NCBI GenBank assembly: GCA_048885925.1
Contig: JBHLLG010000001.1
Coordinates: 3,105 to 67,104, forward strand
Direction: 5' to 3'
Source: Candidatus Hermodarchaeota archaeon
Lineage (GTDB): Archaea; Asgardarchaeota; Lokiarchaeia; Sigyniarchaeales; SOKP01
Length of the DNA: 64,000 nt
Below, piece after piece: positions 9,091 to 18,239 of this stretch. The first letter of the stretch is position 1. The number at the start of each line of letters is the position of its first letter. The notes below the pieces were generated by a model. It saw only the letters and a program-made list of their open reading frames with translations, was not told where the DNA came from and did no database searches. The translations under genes were made by a program, and so were the position numbers.

Positions 9091-10494
9091 ATGACTTATT
9101 CAAAAGCAGAAGAAGAATATACATTTAAAGTGACACTTGTGTTTTGGAAATTTTATGAACTAGGCAAGTACTTTGAATTGCCCACATTAAGAGAATATCT
9201 TGAAAATGAGAGTTCAATGAAATTATATGACAAATACCACTGTCAACTGAAGCATCCAGTAACAGGAGAAAAATGCCATCAGCCTTTAAAATGGATCTCT
9301 AGTCAATCTCATAATTATGCACCAGTCTGCTTTAAAATCGAAAGATCACAAGGATTTTCATCTGCAATAAATACTAATATTACTGGCAAAATTCGATTAG
9401 AAGGACACATTCATTATGGCTCTGTGCTTGTCATCCATTGTGAATTGAGATTTGACAATTATCATACCATCGAAGATTTTATAGAAATTTCACAACCAGA
9501 AAATATAATTCTTGAAAATACTTATAAACCTATTACTGAACAATTTATTGAAATAAGAGATAATATAATCAATCTTCTCGCTAGGGGAAATTTTCCAGAT
9601 AAACCGAAATTGGAATCGGTTTTGGAACCTTGGCATCATACATGGATAATATGGGATGCTAAACCAGATTTTAATAAAGCTGATTATCGCTTTATTGGAA
9701 ATGATATAGGAAAAAATGCACACTATTCGATTGGACTCACTTTAAGAACCGATAAATATCGTGAATTAGATCCAATTGCATATCGAGATCAGATTAAGCT
9801 TAAAAATCTTTCACCCTATAAAGATGAGTTTGTCATGATTACACATGCGGGAAATGTAATTATTCCTGGTCCTGGATTATTAGATCCCGATTCTATGAAA
9901 AACTTATTCATTGACACCTTATTTGCTCCAGAGATAGGAAATGTACAAAGATTCCTAATTTTAATGCATATGGAAAATATTTTAGTTGTAGCTGAAAAAT
10001 TCGATAAGATTATTTCAGAAACTCGAGCAATGGAAGAAACCCTAACTTTGAAGGAAAAAATTGATAAACTTGAGGAACTGGAAACAGAATTAAATAGAAT
10101 AATACTTGAATTAAATAAAGATGTAATTATATCAAAAATTACTAGATTACTTTTCACTAGCACGTTTAAAACAAGTATGTTCAGTGAACAAATTGATAAA
10201 CTTGATGGATTCACCTTTTCAAAAGCAACTGATGATGTAATTTCTAGAATAAGAAAAACTTTGAATAGGCAGAGAAATACGCTTAATACCAAATCCGCTG
10301 CAATAGAAAATAAATTTCTGGCAATCCTCAATTATCTAGCTCTTTTTGAACTAGCCACGCTAGTAATTTCATTAGCTATAGGAGATATTTTCGCTGAGGC
10401 TGTACCGGGTATTGGAATAATTCAGATTATCGTTGCAACTTCTATTGTTATAATAGCAATTATATTATTAAGAATGCAGGAGAGGAAGTTATAA
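9091..10494 (+). CDS. Hypothetical protein with long helical region and 2 C-terminal TMs (CorA/RMD1-like architecture)
   Basis: Alpha/beta N-terminus, coiled region, two terminal hydrophobic helices; no GMN motif. Confidence 0.6.
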   Translation: MTYSKAEEEYTFKVTLVFWKFYELGKYFELPTLREYLENESSMKLYDKYHCQLKHPVTGEKCHQPLKWISSQSHNYAPVCFKIERSQGFSSAINTNITGKIRLEGHIHYGSVLVIHCELRFDNYHTIEDFIEISQPENIILENTYKPITEQFIEIRDNIINLLARGNFPDKPKLESVLEPWHHTWIIWDAKPDFNKADYRFIGNDIGKNAHYSIGLTLRTDKYRELDPIAYRDQIKLKNLSPYKDEFVMITHAGNVIIPGPGLLDPDSMKNLFIDTLFAPEIGNVQRFLILMHMENILVVAEKFDKIISETRAMEETLTLKEKIDKLEELETELNRIILELNKDVIISKITRLLFTSTFKTSMFSEQIDKLDGFTFSKATDDVISRIRKTLNRQRNTLNTKSAAIENKFLAILNYLALFELATLVISLAIGDIFAEAVPGIGIIQIIVATSIVIIAIILLRMQERKL

Positions 10495-10563
10495 AAATTA
10501 TACAAATTATATCTTTTTATAGTTTAGGTATAGATGGTAATACAATTTAGGGAATGAAAAACA

Positions 10564-11712
10564 ATGGTCGATTATATTAGAATTAAGGGCAATCCGAGTG
10601 AAAGAGGAACTCAACAGGGACAAAAATTGAAGGAAAAAATCCAAAATATGTTTGATGTGGTTTTTCATTCAAAAATGTTTTCAGAAGTAACATCTAAATT
10701 AATCCCCCTCTCAATTGTTAAGCTTGGATTAGGTCTTATGGGTAAAAAGAATATAAAAAAACCTTTAGAAGAACTCCTCCCCAATCAATATCAAAAAATG
10801 TTAGCGATAAGTAAATCAGCAGAAGTAAAAAAGTCAATTGCATTCGGAGCTCATTTTATTGAAATAATGTCAGGCGATCCGAAATCTATTTATAAAAATC
10901 CACCAGTTCAAGCATGTTCAATGATATTTGCCCTTCCAGAAGCTACTTCTAATAAATCAATGATTTTTGGGCGGAATTATGATTTTCCTAATGTTCTTCA
11001 GCCATTCCAAGTAGTTCGGGAGGAATGGCCTGATGATGGTTTAAAAAATATAAATTTTACTCAATATCCTCTTGCGGGTTGTCATATGGGTTTGAATGAG
11101 GAAGGATTAGCAATAGGATACAATTATGGTCGTTCATGGAAAAAAAATCCACTTGATTTTCGGTTAAAAGGTGTTCCTGGTACTTTTATAGTTCAAAAAG
11201 TTTTGGAAACCTGTGCAACTACCCAAGAAGCTATTGACTTCATTACTAAATTTACTGCACGCGCGAATGGATGTCATTATGGTCTTATAGATGCTTCTGG
11301 AGATACATGTGTCATTGAAACTACAAGTACTCGGTATGGTATCCGTCGACCTAAAAATGGTATACTAGCTCATACCAACCATTATCAAACTGAAGAACTT
11401 AAAGATGCTAATTTACCTGATTATGTACGGTTTAAGATGGATGATATGGATATTTCACCAATAGAATCTCCGATAAGACGTTACAAAAGAGAAATGGAGC
11501 TATTAACAAAATATAATGGTGAAATTTCCATGGATTCTATTAAGAGAATTTTAAGTGATCATGATAATAGAGAACCAGATGATTTCACTGTTTGTACACA
11601 TGGATTCTCTGCTGGTACTCTGGCTTCTATAATCATTCTTCCATTAAAGAAAGAATTTTGGGTGGTTAACGACCATCCCTGCATAGCAGAATATGAAAAA
11701 TTCACTTTATAG
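10564..11712 (+). CDS. C45 family peptidase / Ntn hydrolase (acyl-CoA:6-APA acyltransferase-like)
   Basis: A|CS cleavage site, GRNYD, GLNEEGL and HTNHY motifs. Confidence 0.88.
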   Translation: MVDYIRIKGNPSERGTQQGQKLKEKIQNMFDVVFHSKMFSEVTSKLIPLSIVKLGLGLMGKKNIKKPLEELLPNQYQKMLAISKSAEVKKSIAFGAHFIEIMSGDPKSIYKNPPVQACSMIFALPEATSNKSMIFGRNYDFPNVLQPFQVVREEWPDDGLKNINFTQYPLAGCHMGLNEEGLAIGYNYGRSWKKNPLDFRLKGVPGTFIVQKVLETCATTQEAIDFITKFTARANGCHYGLIDASGDTCVIETTSTRYGIRRPKNGILAHTNHYQTEELKDANLPDYVRFKMDDMDISPIESPIRRYKREMELLTKYNGEISMDSIKRILSDHDNREPDDFTVCTHGFSAGTLASIIILPLKKEFWVVNDHPCIAEYEKFTL

Positions 11713-12068
11713 GTATATAAGGAATATGGCTCTTTTAAGACGAGAATCAATCATTAATAGAAGGATTTTTTATAATGAATGAACATGAACGTGAAAAGGA
11801 AGCAGAAAGAAAATAACCTATTGAATTTCTGGAAAGATTAAAAAGTAAATTTGATTAGGTAGGTTCAAGGAATTGCAAGATAAAAATAAGGGTTATGAAG
11901 GTGATTGCGGAGGTCCTTAAAAATGTCAAGTTTTATATTAGTATTGTTTTAATTTTATTATTTTAAAAAAGAAAGTAAGAAATAAGGATTACAAAGACTT
12001 GATTTAAGATCCAAAAAGTTTTATAAAAAACAAAAAAGGTTAATAAAGAATGAAAAAGTCTTTGTTTT

Positions 12069-12410
12069 ATGTATATGGTATATACTGGTCGGTTTAAAGA
12101 ATTTAAAGCTTTAGCTTTTAGAAATTGGTTTATTAAGGAAGAGAATATACAGAAATTAAAAGATGCACTTCCAAAAGGAGTTAGATACCTCAATGCTTAC
12201 ATTGTTATCCTTGGAACAGCAGAACATGATTATGAAGTATGGTATAAGTTAGATAATTGGGCAGCCTTAGATGTTTGGCATGCTCACACAAAATGGGATG
12301 AATTTTGGGAAAAAGAAATTGGTGTTTTTGATGAAGGATCGCCAAAAATTAAATTTCTTCGGGGAATGCAGGAAGTTATAATTTTAGAACCAAAACCATC
12401 TGAAGATTAG
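12069..12410 (+). CDS. Hypothetical protein, possible dimeric alpha+beta barrel
   Basis: LPKGVRYL..Y...YEVWYKLDNWAALD pattern. Confidence 0.65.
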   Translation: MYMVYTGRFKEFKALAFRNWFIKEENIQKLKDALPKGVRYLNAYIVILGTAEHDYEVWYKLDNWAALDVWHAHTKWDEFWEKEIGVFDEGSPKIKFLRGMQEVIILEPKPSED

Positions 12411-12481
12411 AATCCTACTCCTTTTCACATTTAGTTTAACCTCCAAAGTTGTACAATTTAAAAATAAGAATAAAAAATAGT

Positions 12482-12970
12482 TTAATAGCGCGTTCGAGTT
12501 GCTTGAATTCGTAGTTTTGCTTTAGTATTTTCTTTTTCATCTTGTAAAATGACATATTGAGTTTTTGATGGTAGTTTTATTTCAAATTCTTGTTCTGCAA
12601 TCTTCTCATCTTTTTTCAAATGATCCTTTTCCCTTAAAATAACCTTAAGTTTTTCTATGGCGGTTTCTCCGGTTCGAACGGTTTTAAATTCGCTCCAGAG
12701 TGACATATCCGCCCGTGAAGTAAATTCTTGATTTTTCTGGAGTTTAATAGTTCCCTTATTCGGAAATCTCGCCTTAAATACCTTCGGTCCGTCTACTTTG
12801 AAATAAAATTCCCCACGCCATCCCATTATATCATAATCTTTCAGAGTTTTCAAACTCATTAAATCTATACTGATCAAATAACGTTCTTTCTCTTCTCCAA
12901 CTTGATCTTGGGTAAAACTTTGATCTTTAGCATATGTCTTTTTTCCTTTAGCATAATATCTCCTACTAAT
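12482..12970 (-). CDS. Stand-alone C2-domain-like protein; probable ATT start
   Basis: KDYDIMG..GEFYFKV and LKVILREKDHLKKDEKIA resemble C2 loop motifs; frame open 31 codons upstream of the TTG at 12877, up to an ATT after AGGTGA. Confidence 0.6.
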   Translation of the reverse strand: MSRRYYAKGKKTYAKDQSFTQDQVGEEKERYLISIDLMSLKTLKDYDIMGWRGEFYFKVDGPKVFKARFPNKGTIKLQKNQEFTSRADMSLWSEFKTVRTGETAIEKLKVILREKDHLKKDEKIAEQEFEIKLPSKTQYVILQDEKENTKAKLRIQATRTRY

Positions 12971-13158
12971 GGCAATTCACCTATTCTTTCAAATTCAAGA
13001 TTTTTTTTATATCTATTATAGTGTGTTACTATATATGTTTTGTTAAGAAGGATTATTAAAAATTTAATAGAAGTATTTGAATAAAAAGCTAGCACGCATA
13101 AATATTAAATAGAGATTTAACACATTATTATTAACTACAATTCTCAATAATTATAAAT

Positions 13159-13905
13159 GTGAATTTTATGTCGGTTGTTGAGCTACATTTGTCTGGTGTT
13201 CTTGGTTTTCTGGCTGTTTGTATAGCATGGCTATATGGTGGGATTGTTCTTTATAAATATATTAGATCGAAGGAAAAAATTTTATTCTATTTCTTTTTAG
13301 CGATAATCTTTACAATGTCTCCTTGGTATCCAAGTGGTTTAGGATATATATATTGGTTAATTACTAGTGAGGAAATAATTTATCCCGTTTATGTTTTGTT
13401 GGGAACTATAGGTGTCCCCATAGCTTTATTATCATGGATCCAAATATATATGCCAGCATTACATCCAAACCAAAAAAAATTGGTAACTGTTATAGCATTA
13501 GGTTTTTCAATAGTGTTTTATGTCTATATTATTTTTTTCCTATTCATTGCTCCAGGAGCACCTGTAGTAGAATTAGTTGGTATAAAAAGAAGCGCAATAG
13601 ATATTGATTATAAAGGTTTATTATTGGGATTCCTTGCATTCTCTCTTTTAATTAGTACAATTACTGGTAACGATTTTGCTATAGCTTCTCTTAAAGTAAA
13701 AGATAATCCTGCAATTCGATGGAAAGGTAGATTCTTGATAATATCATTCAATTTATTTGCAATAGGCGCAATTGGAGACGGATTTATTCCATTATCACCG
13801 GCGACATTAATAATTTTTAGAACCTTAATGATGCTCTCTAGTACTTTTTATTATATTGGTTTTATACTTCCAAAATGGTTTCGACGCTTAATTAAAGTAG
13901 AGTAA
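13159..13905 (+). CDS. 7-TM membrane protein without output domain
   Basis: About 7 hydrophobic helices; basic RWKGR loop before TM6. Confidence 0.8.
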   Translation: MNFMSVVELHLSGVLGFLAVCIAWLYGGIVLYKYIRSKEKILFYFFLAIIFTMSPWYPSGLGYIYWLITSEEIIYPVYVLLGTIGVPIALLSWIQIYMPALHPNQKKLVTVIALGFSIVFYVYIIFFLFIAPGAPVVELVGIKRSAIDIDYKGLLLGFLAFSLLISTITGNDFAIASLKVKDNPAIRWKGRFLIISFNLFAIGAIGDGFIPLSPATLIIFRTLMMLSSTFYYIGFILPKWFRRLIKVE

Positions 13906-13925
13906 AAATAATCATAACTCTTTTT

Positions 13926-14855
13926 TTATTTATAATTTATAATAAGAACGGCGATTATAACAACTATTCCACCAAAAATATTCCATAAAACGATTATTTC
14001 ACTTCTTTGAAGTAATAATGAAAAGAACAATGTTAGAAACGGTTCAATATACAAAAATGAGGAAACTTTAGATGATTTTAACTTCTTTTGTGAGTTTTGC
14101 CAAATAAAATATCCAAAGACATAACATCCAAATCCTAAATATACAGCAGAAATGAATAAAAAAACATTTAGAAAGTTTTTAATGAAAATGATGATTTCAC
14201 CGTTGAATAGAACAAAAATGAGTAACTCAAATGTACCAAAATAGGCTATATACTTATTCATGAGGTTGCTTGATCTTGTTTTAGATAATTTCTTAGTTGC
14301 TGTAGAATAAATCGCCCATAATAAAGGTGTTATTAAGGCAAATAAATATCCTAAAAAATTGGGAGATTTTGGTGTAAGTGTAGTGATATCACCCCCTGTT
14401 ACAAGTAAAAATCCACCAATTGTAGCAATTATGAAGCCCATTATTTTTAATGCATTTAATTTTTCATTAAAAAAGATTAAAGCAAGAATTGTAATAATAA
14501 CAGGAGTAATAAGACAGACAAATAATGCAGGAAGAGAAGGACCAATAATTTCAATAGCGGTATACTGAGCAAGAAAAAACAATGATACACCGGTAAAGCT
14601 AGAAATAATTATTAAAATCCATTCATTTTTTGAAAAAGACCTTTTTATATGCTTGTGATTAATCTCATGATCTTGCTTATTTTTCCTATTGATCATAAAA
14701 TAAATATCAATTATAAGAAACGATATCGAAGCAATAATGAAACGATACAAGGCAATACTTAAGGGGGGAATGAATTCAACAGCAATATCGACTACAACAA
14801 ATGAAAAACTCCATAGAATAATCATAAAAATTAATTCTAAATAAATTACCAGCAT
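13926..14855 (-). CDS. DMT/EamA family transporter
   Basis: LWSFSF, IPPLSIALYRF, FFNEKL and LWAIYS motifs; 10 TM in two repeats. Confidence 0.92.
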   Translation of the reverse strand: MLVIYLELIFMIILWSFSFVVVDIAVEFIPPLSIALYRFIIASISFLIIDIYFMINRKNKQDHEINHKHIKRSFSKNEWILIIISSFTGVSLFFLAQYTAIEIIGPSLPALFVCLITPVIITILALIFFNEKLNALKIMGFIIATIGGFLLVTGGDITTLTPKSPNFLGYLFALITPLLWAIYSTATKKLSKTRSSNLMNKYIAYFGTFELLIFVLFNGEIIIFIKNFLNVFLFISAVYLGFGCYVFGYFIWQNSQKKLKSSKVSSFLYIEPFLTLFFSLLLQRSEIIVLWNIFGGIVVIIAVLIINYK

Positions 14856-14956
14856 TTAAAATCTAACTTTTATCGATAATAACTCTAAATATAATCAAAT
14901 TAATCCATGAAAATGATTTATTAATTATAGTAAATTAACAACAATAATAATTATTT

Positions 14957-15556
14957 TTGGAAAGAAATTTCTTGAAGAAAGTTAGTTATAGCTTAAGAAT
15001 AGGAATTGTAGGAAACATTGAAACCATAAAAGAGACTTTTTTTGAAAGTCTAAGCAAATCTGCTATAAAATCTAATCTTACTGATAGAAAGTATGAATTT
15101 TTACTAGTTTTTAATCAAGTTCCAATCAAATTTAGATTTTTCCTTAAAAAAAATTTTGATGATCTTCTATATGATTATGAAAATATACAGAATCTTGATG
15201 TTTTAATTCTTACTCTAAATCTATATCAACCGGATTCGCTTGAGCTTATTAAGAAACAAAAATTAGAAGAATTTGTTGAGACATTTTCATTTCAGGGAAT
15301 TTCTATATTAGTTGGAATGGATATACCTCACATCTCTAATAAACCTCCTCCCAATAAGTTTAAGATAAGTCGATTTCAATTAGAAAAAACTACAAAAGAT
15401 CTAAATTTTATCTATTGTTTTGAGATTTTGAATAAAAGTAAAGATATAAACGAGATTTATTATGTGATTTTAAATGATTATATTCTCAGGTTTCAATTTT
15501 CAAATCCAGAATTATTTGAACAAGCAAAAGACTATGGAAAAAAACTCATAAATTAG
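14957..15556 (+). CDS. Degenerate Ras/Rab-like small GTPase fold protein
   Basis: LRIGIVGN, DVLILTLNL...SLE, SILVG and CFEI...DINEIY follow Ras strand order; G1/G3/G4 motifs lost. Confidence 0.6.
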   Translation: MERNFLKKVSYSLRIGIVGNIETIKETFFESLSKSAIKSNLTDRKYEFLLVFNQVPIKFRFFLKKNFDDLLYDYENIQNLDVLILTLNLYQPDSLELIKKQKLEEFVETFSFQGISILVGMDIPHISNKPPPNKFKISRFQLEKTTKDLNFIYCFEILNKSKDINEIYYVILNDYILRFQFSNPELFEQAKDYGKKLIN

Positions 15557-15709
15557 TATAAAAATGCAAGAAAAAGCCTAAAAATTAATTTTTCTTAATA
15601 TAAAACAATAAATAAAGAAAAAAAATTGAAAAAATCGAAAAGTTATAAAAAGAATATAATACAAAATAAAATATAAACAATAAAATGCTTTTTATAAAGA
15701 TGGGGTAAA

Positions 15710-15904
15710 ATGGGAGAAGAACCAAGTGGTTTATTAACAATTGAGAGAGATGAGGGGCGCAGGAAATGTCCCAGTTGCGGGGAAGAAAATAAAAATATGA
15801 TTCATGAATCTACAGATAAAACAAATATTATAAGTGATTATCCGAGAGTGTACGGCCGAAAGTATCGGTGCGGACGCTGTGGTCAGGAGTGGCGCGAAAA
15901 ATAA
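15710..15904 (+). CDS. Small zinc-ribbon protein
   Basis: CPSCG...CGRCG pairs; homologous to the C-terminus of 60682..61479. Confidence 0.85.
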   Translation: MGEEPSGLLTIERDEGRRKCPSCGEENKNMIHESTDKTNIISDYPRVYGRKYRCGRCGQEWREK

Positions 15905-16074
15905 CTAAAGTCTAGATTTCTTAACTATTTCATTTTTTACTTTTTACATTTCTCTAAATTACGTGTTATTAATACTAATAACAACACTAAATCACAAATT
16001 TTTAAATCAAAAAATGATAATATAAATAAGATATCTTAATATCTCTTTAAGGATAAAGGAGACTTGTATTTATC

Positions 16075-16767
16075 ATGGATTTTGCGAGATTTGTCCAAAT
16101 TTACATCATTCAGGGTTTATTTGCGCTGTTTTTTCTTTATATGGCATTTAGGGTATTAAGAAGAGGAACAAAAAGATTAAATATTTATCTAAGTAGCTTT
16201 TACCTTTCAGTTACAATTGGGGGTATAATAAATATGATATATGCGACTATTTTTGATCCAACTATTGTTTTTATAATGCATTTTATAACATATTATCTTT
16301 TTTGTTTTTCTATGGCGTTTCTTCTGATCTTTGTACTAATTCTCATGAAACCAGGAAAACAGATTAAATTTGAAATACAACTTTTTATCTTAATAATTTT
16401 TGGACTGCTAGTTTTAAGTCTCTTATTGATTCCAAATGGAATAAAAATCAATGATAATACAAATTGGAAACCTGATTGGTCGTTGAATTTTTTAATCTAT
16501 TCCATGGTAGTTTGCAGTATTATGGTTATTATACCAACCGTTTATTATTCGCAAAAAATCTATATAAAGTTTGAAAATGAATATTTAAAAAAAAAATGGA
16601 AATACTTTTTAATTGGAATATATGCCTATTTCTTTCTCTATTATGGAACCTCGATTTCCAACACATTAAATAATGATTCATTCAGGTTTATATGGTCATT
16701 AATTTCCTTACCTACTCTTATTTCACTCTATTTGATATATTATGGCGTAGGACGCCAACTTGAATAG
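16075..16767 (+). CDS. 7-TM membrane protein (HisKA_7TM-like sensor, no kinase), paralog 1
   Basis: 7 hydrophobic helices; KRLN, KKWKYF and GVGRQLE shared with the next gene. Confidence 0.85.
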   Translation: MDFARFVQIYIIQGLFALFFLYMAFRVLRRGTKRLNIYLSSFYLSVTIGGIINMIYATIFDPTIVFIMHFITYYLFCFSMAFLLIFVLILMKPGKQIKFEIQLFILIIFGLLVLSLLLIPNGIKINDNTNWKPDWSLNFLIYSMVVCSIMVIIPTVYYSQKIYIKFENEYLKKKWKYFLIGIYAYFFLYYGTSISNTLNNDSFRFIWSLISLPTLISLYLIYYGVGRQLE

Positions 16768-16917
16768 AATTCCTCCTAAAATCTTCTTATTATAACAATT
16801 AGATTTCTTTGTATTTTTTCTATTAGGAAAAAAACAACAATAATAAATATAGAATGATAAATTGTTACATTAATTAAATAATTTTAAAAATAAATTAAGG
16901 TTTTATATGGTTTTATT

Positions 16918-17646
16918 ATGACGTTATTACAAATGTCAATAACAAGAGCATTAACAGTGTATGTTGCTCAAGGACTTGTATGCACTTTTTTTATATTTTT
17001 AGGATACAAAATCCTTAAAAGAGACAGAAAACGATTAAATATCATCTTTTCTGGATTTTATTTATCTGGTGCATTTGGATTACTTATTAATTTCATTTAT
17101 GCTCCCCTTGATCCCGTGGAATTTGAGCCGGTAATTTTATTTCTGAATTATTTAACAAATTTCGGGATTTTCTACTCACCAGTATTTCTCTTAGTTTTTG
17201 ACTTAATACTGTTAAAATCAGAGAAAGTTATTACTCCCTTCAAACAACTAGCAATTCTTATAATTTATGGAATCGGAATGTTTAGTATGATTTTTTTTGT
17301 TTACGTTGAAGGATGGGGTGTAGAAATTGACGAAGTAAGTTGGAGTCCCATTTGGAAGCTTCCATTCTTCCTATACCTGTTAATTATTGAATCTATCGTT
17401 ACTGGTCTTGTTTTTTATTTATCATTTCAAATATACAAAAAATTCGAAGATGAAGCTTTAAGAAGAAAGTGGAAATATTTTATATTTGGGACTGCTGCTT
17501 TAATAATATTTATGTATGGAATTTTTGTATCAAATTATCTGAATGATGCTACATTTAGATTGGTAATGGGAGCAATAGGTTTAATTTTAGCAATTGCGGG
17601 AGGATACCTGATGTATAATGGAGTGGGACGTCAACTAGAAAAATAA
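16918..17646 (+). CDS. 7-TM membrane protein, paralog 2
   Basis: 7 hydrophobic helices; KRLN, RKWKYF and GVGRQLEK. Confidence 0.85.
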   Translation: MTLLQMSITRALTVYVAQGLVCTFFIFLGYKILKRDRKRLNIIFSGFYLSGAFGLLINFIYAPLDPVEFEPVILFLNYLTNFGIFYSPVFLLVFDLILLKSEKVITPFKQLAILIIYGIGMFSMIFFVYVEGWGVEIDEVSWSPIWKLPFFLYLLIIESIVTGLVFYLSFQIYKKFEDEALRRKWKYFIFGTAALIIFMYGIFVSNYLNDATFRLVMGAIGLILAIAGGYLMYNGVGRQLEK

Positions 17647-17782
17647 CTTCCAATTTTTTTTTTATTTTTAACCCATCTCAAATTTTATTTTGACTAATTA
17701 ACATTATAATATATAGTTAGTATCGAAATTAGCTTTAAATCGAGAAATTTAGCAGAAAATATTTTACTTTTAACCATCGAAA

Positions 17783-18142
17783 TTGTGTTTTTCTATGATA
17801 GAGGAACTAATACGAGTGAGAGGTATTGGTCCAATTGCTGCGGAACGATTAGTAATTGCGGGAGTTAAATCGATTGAGGAAATTGCAAAATCTAAGCCCG
17901 AAGAATTAGCGTGGATTAAAGGTATAGGTATGATATCTGCTTATTCTATTATTAACAATGCCAAAGAATTGATTAATTTAGAAAAAGGGATACAAAAAGT
18001 ATTAAATTCAATTAAAGAAAATTTTGCTAAAAGCTGCCCTAAATGTGGGGGAGAATTAAGTGAAAGATTAATAATTTTAGGTCCTGAAAGGCGATTAAGA
18101 GCTAATCAATGCAATTTATGTAAATTTTATTTACCCATATAA
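17783..18142 (+). CDS. Helix-hairpin-helix DNA-binding protein with C-terminal Zn ribbon
   Basis: VRGIGP and IKGIG HhH motifs; CPKCG...CNLC; start may be the ATG at 17795. Confidence 0.85.
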   Translation: MCFSMIEELIRVRGIGPIAAERLVIAGVKSIEEIAKSKPEELAWIKGIGMISAYSIINNAKELINLEKGIQKVLNSIKENFAKSCPKCGGELSERLIILGPERRLRANQCNLCKFYLPI

Positions 18143-18239
18143 CTATTATAATTGTAAGTTAAACAATGTTAGTTTGGTATAAATAAAAAAGCAAATCTTC
18201 AAAATTATTCTATTAATGAATGAATAATGGTTATGATTT

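Noticed and set aside
11775-11858. Mini-ORF MNEHEREKEAERK*PIEFLERLKSKFD, a possible gene remnant
   Set aside because: Too short and no recognisable homology; cannot be supported
12874-13095. 73-aa minus-strand ORF
   Set aside because: Overlaps the better-supported N-terminal extension of the C2-like gene in another frame and runs through promoter-like AT-rich DNA
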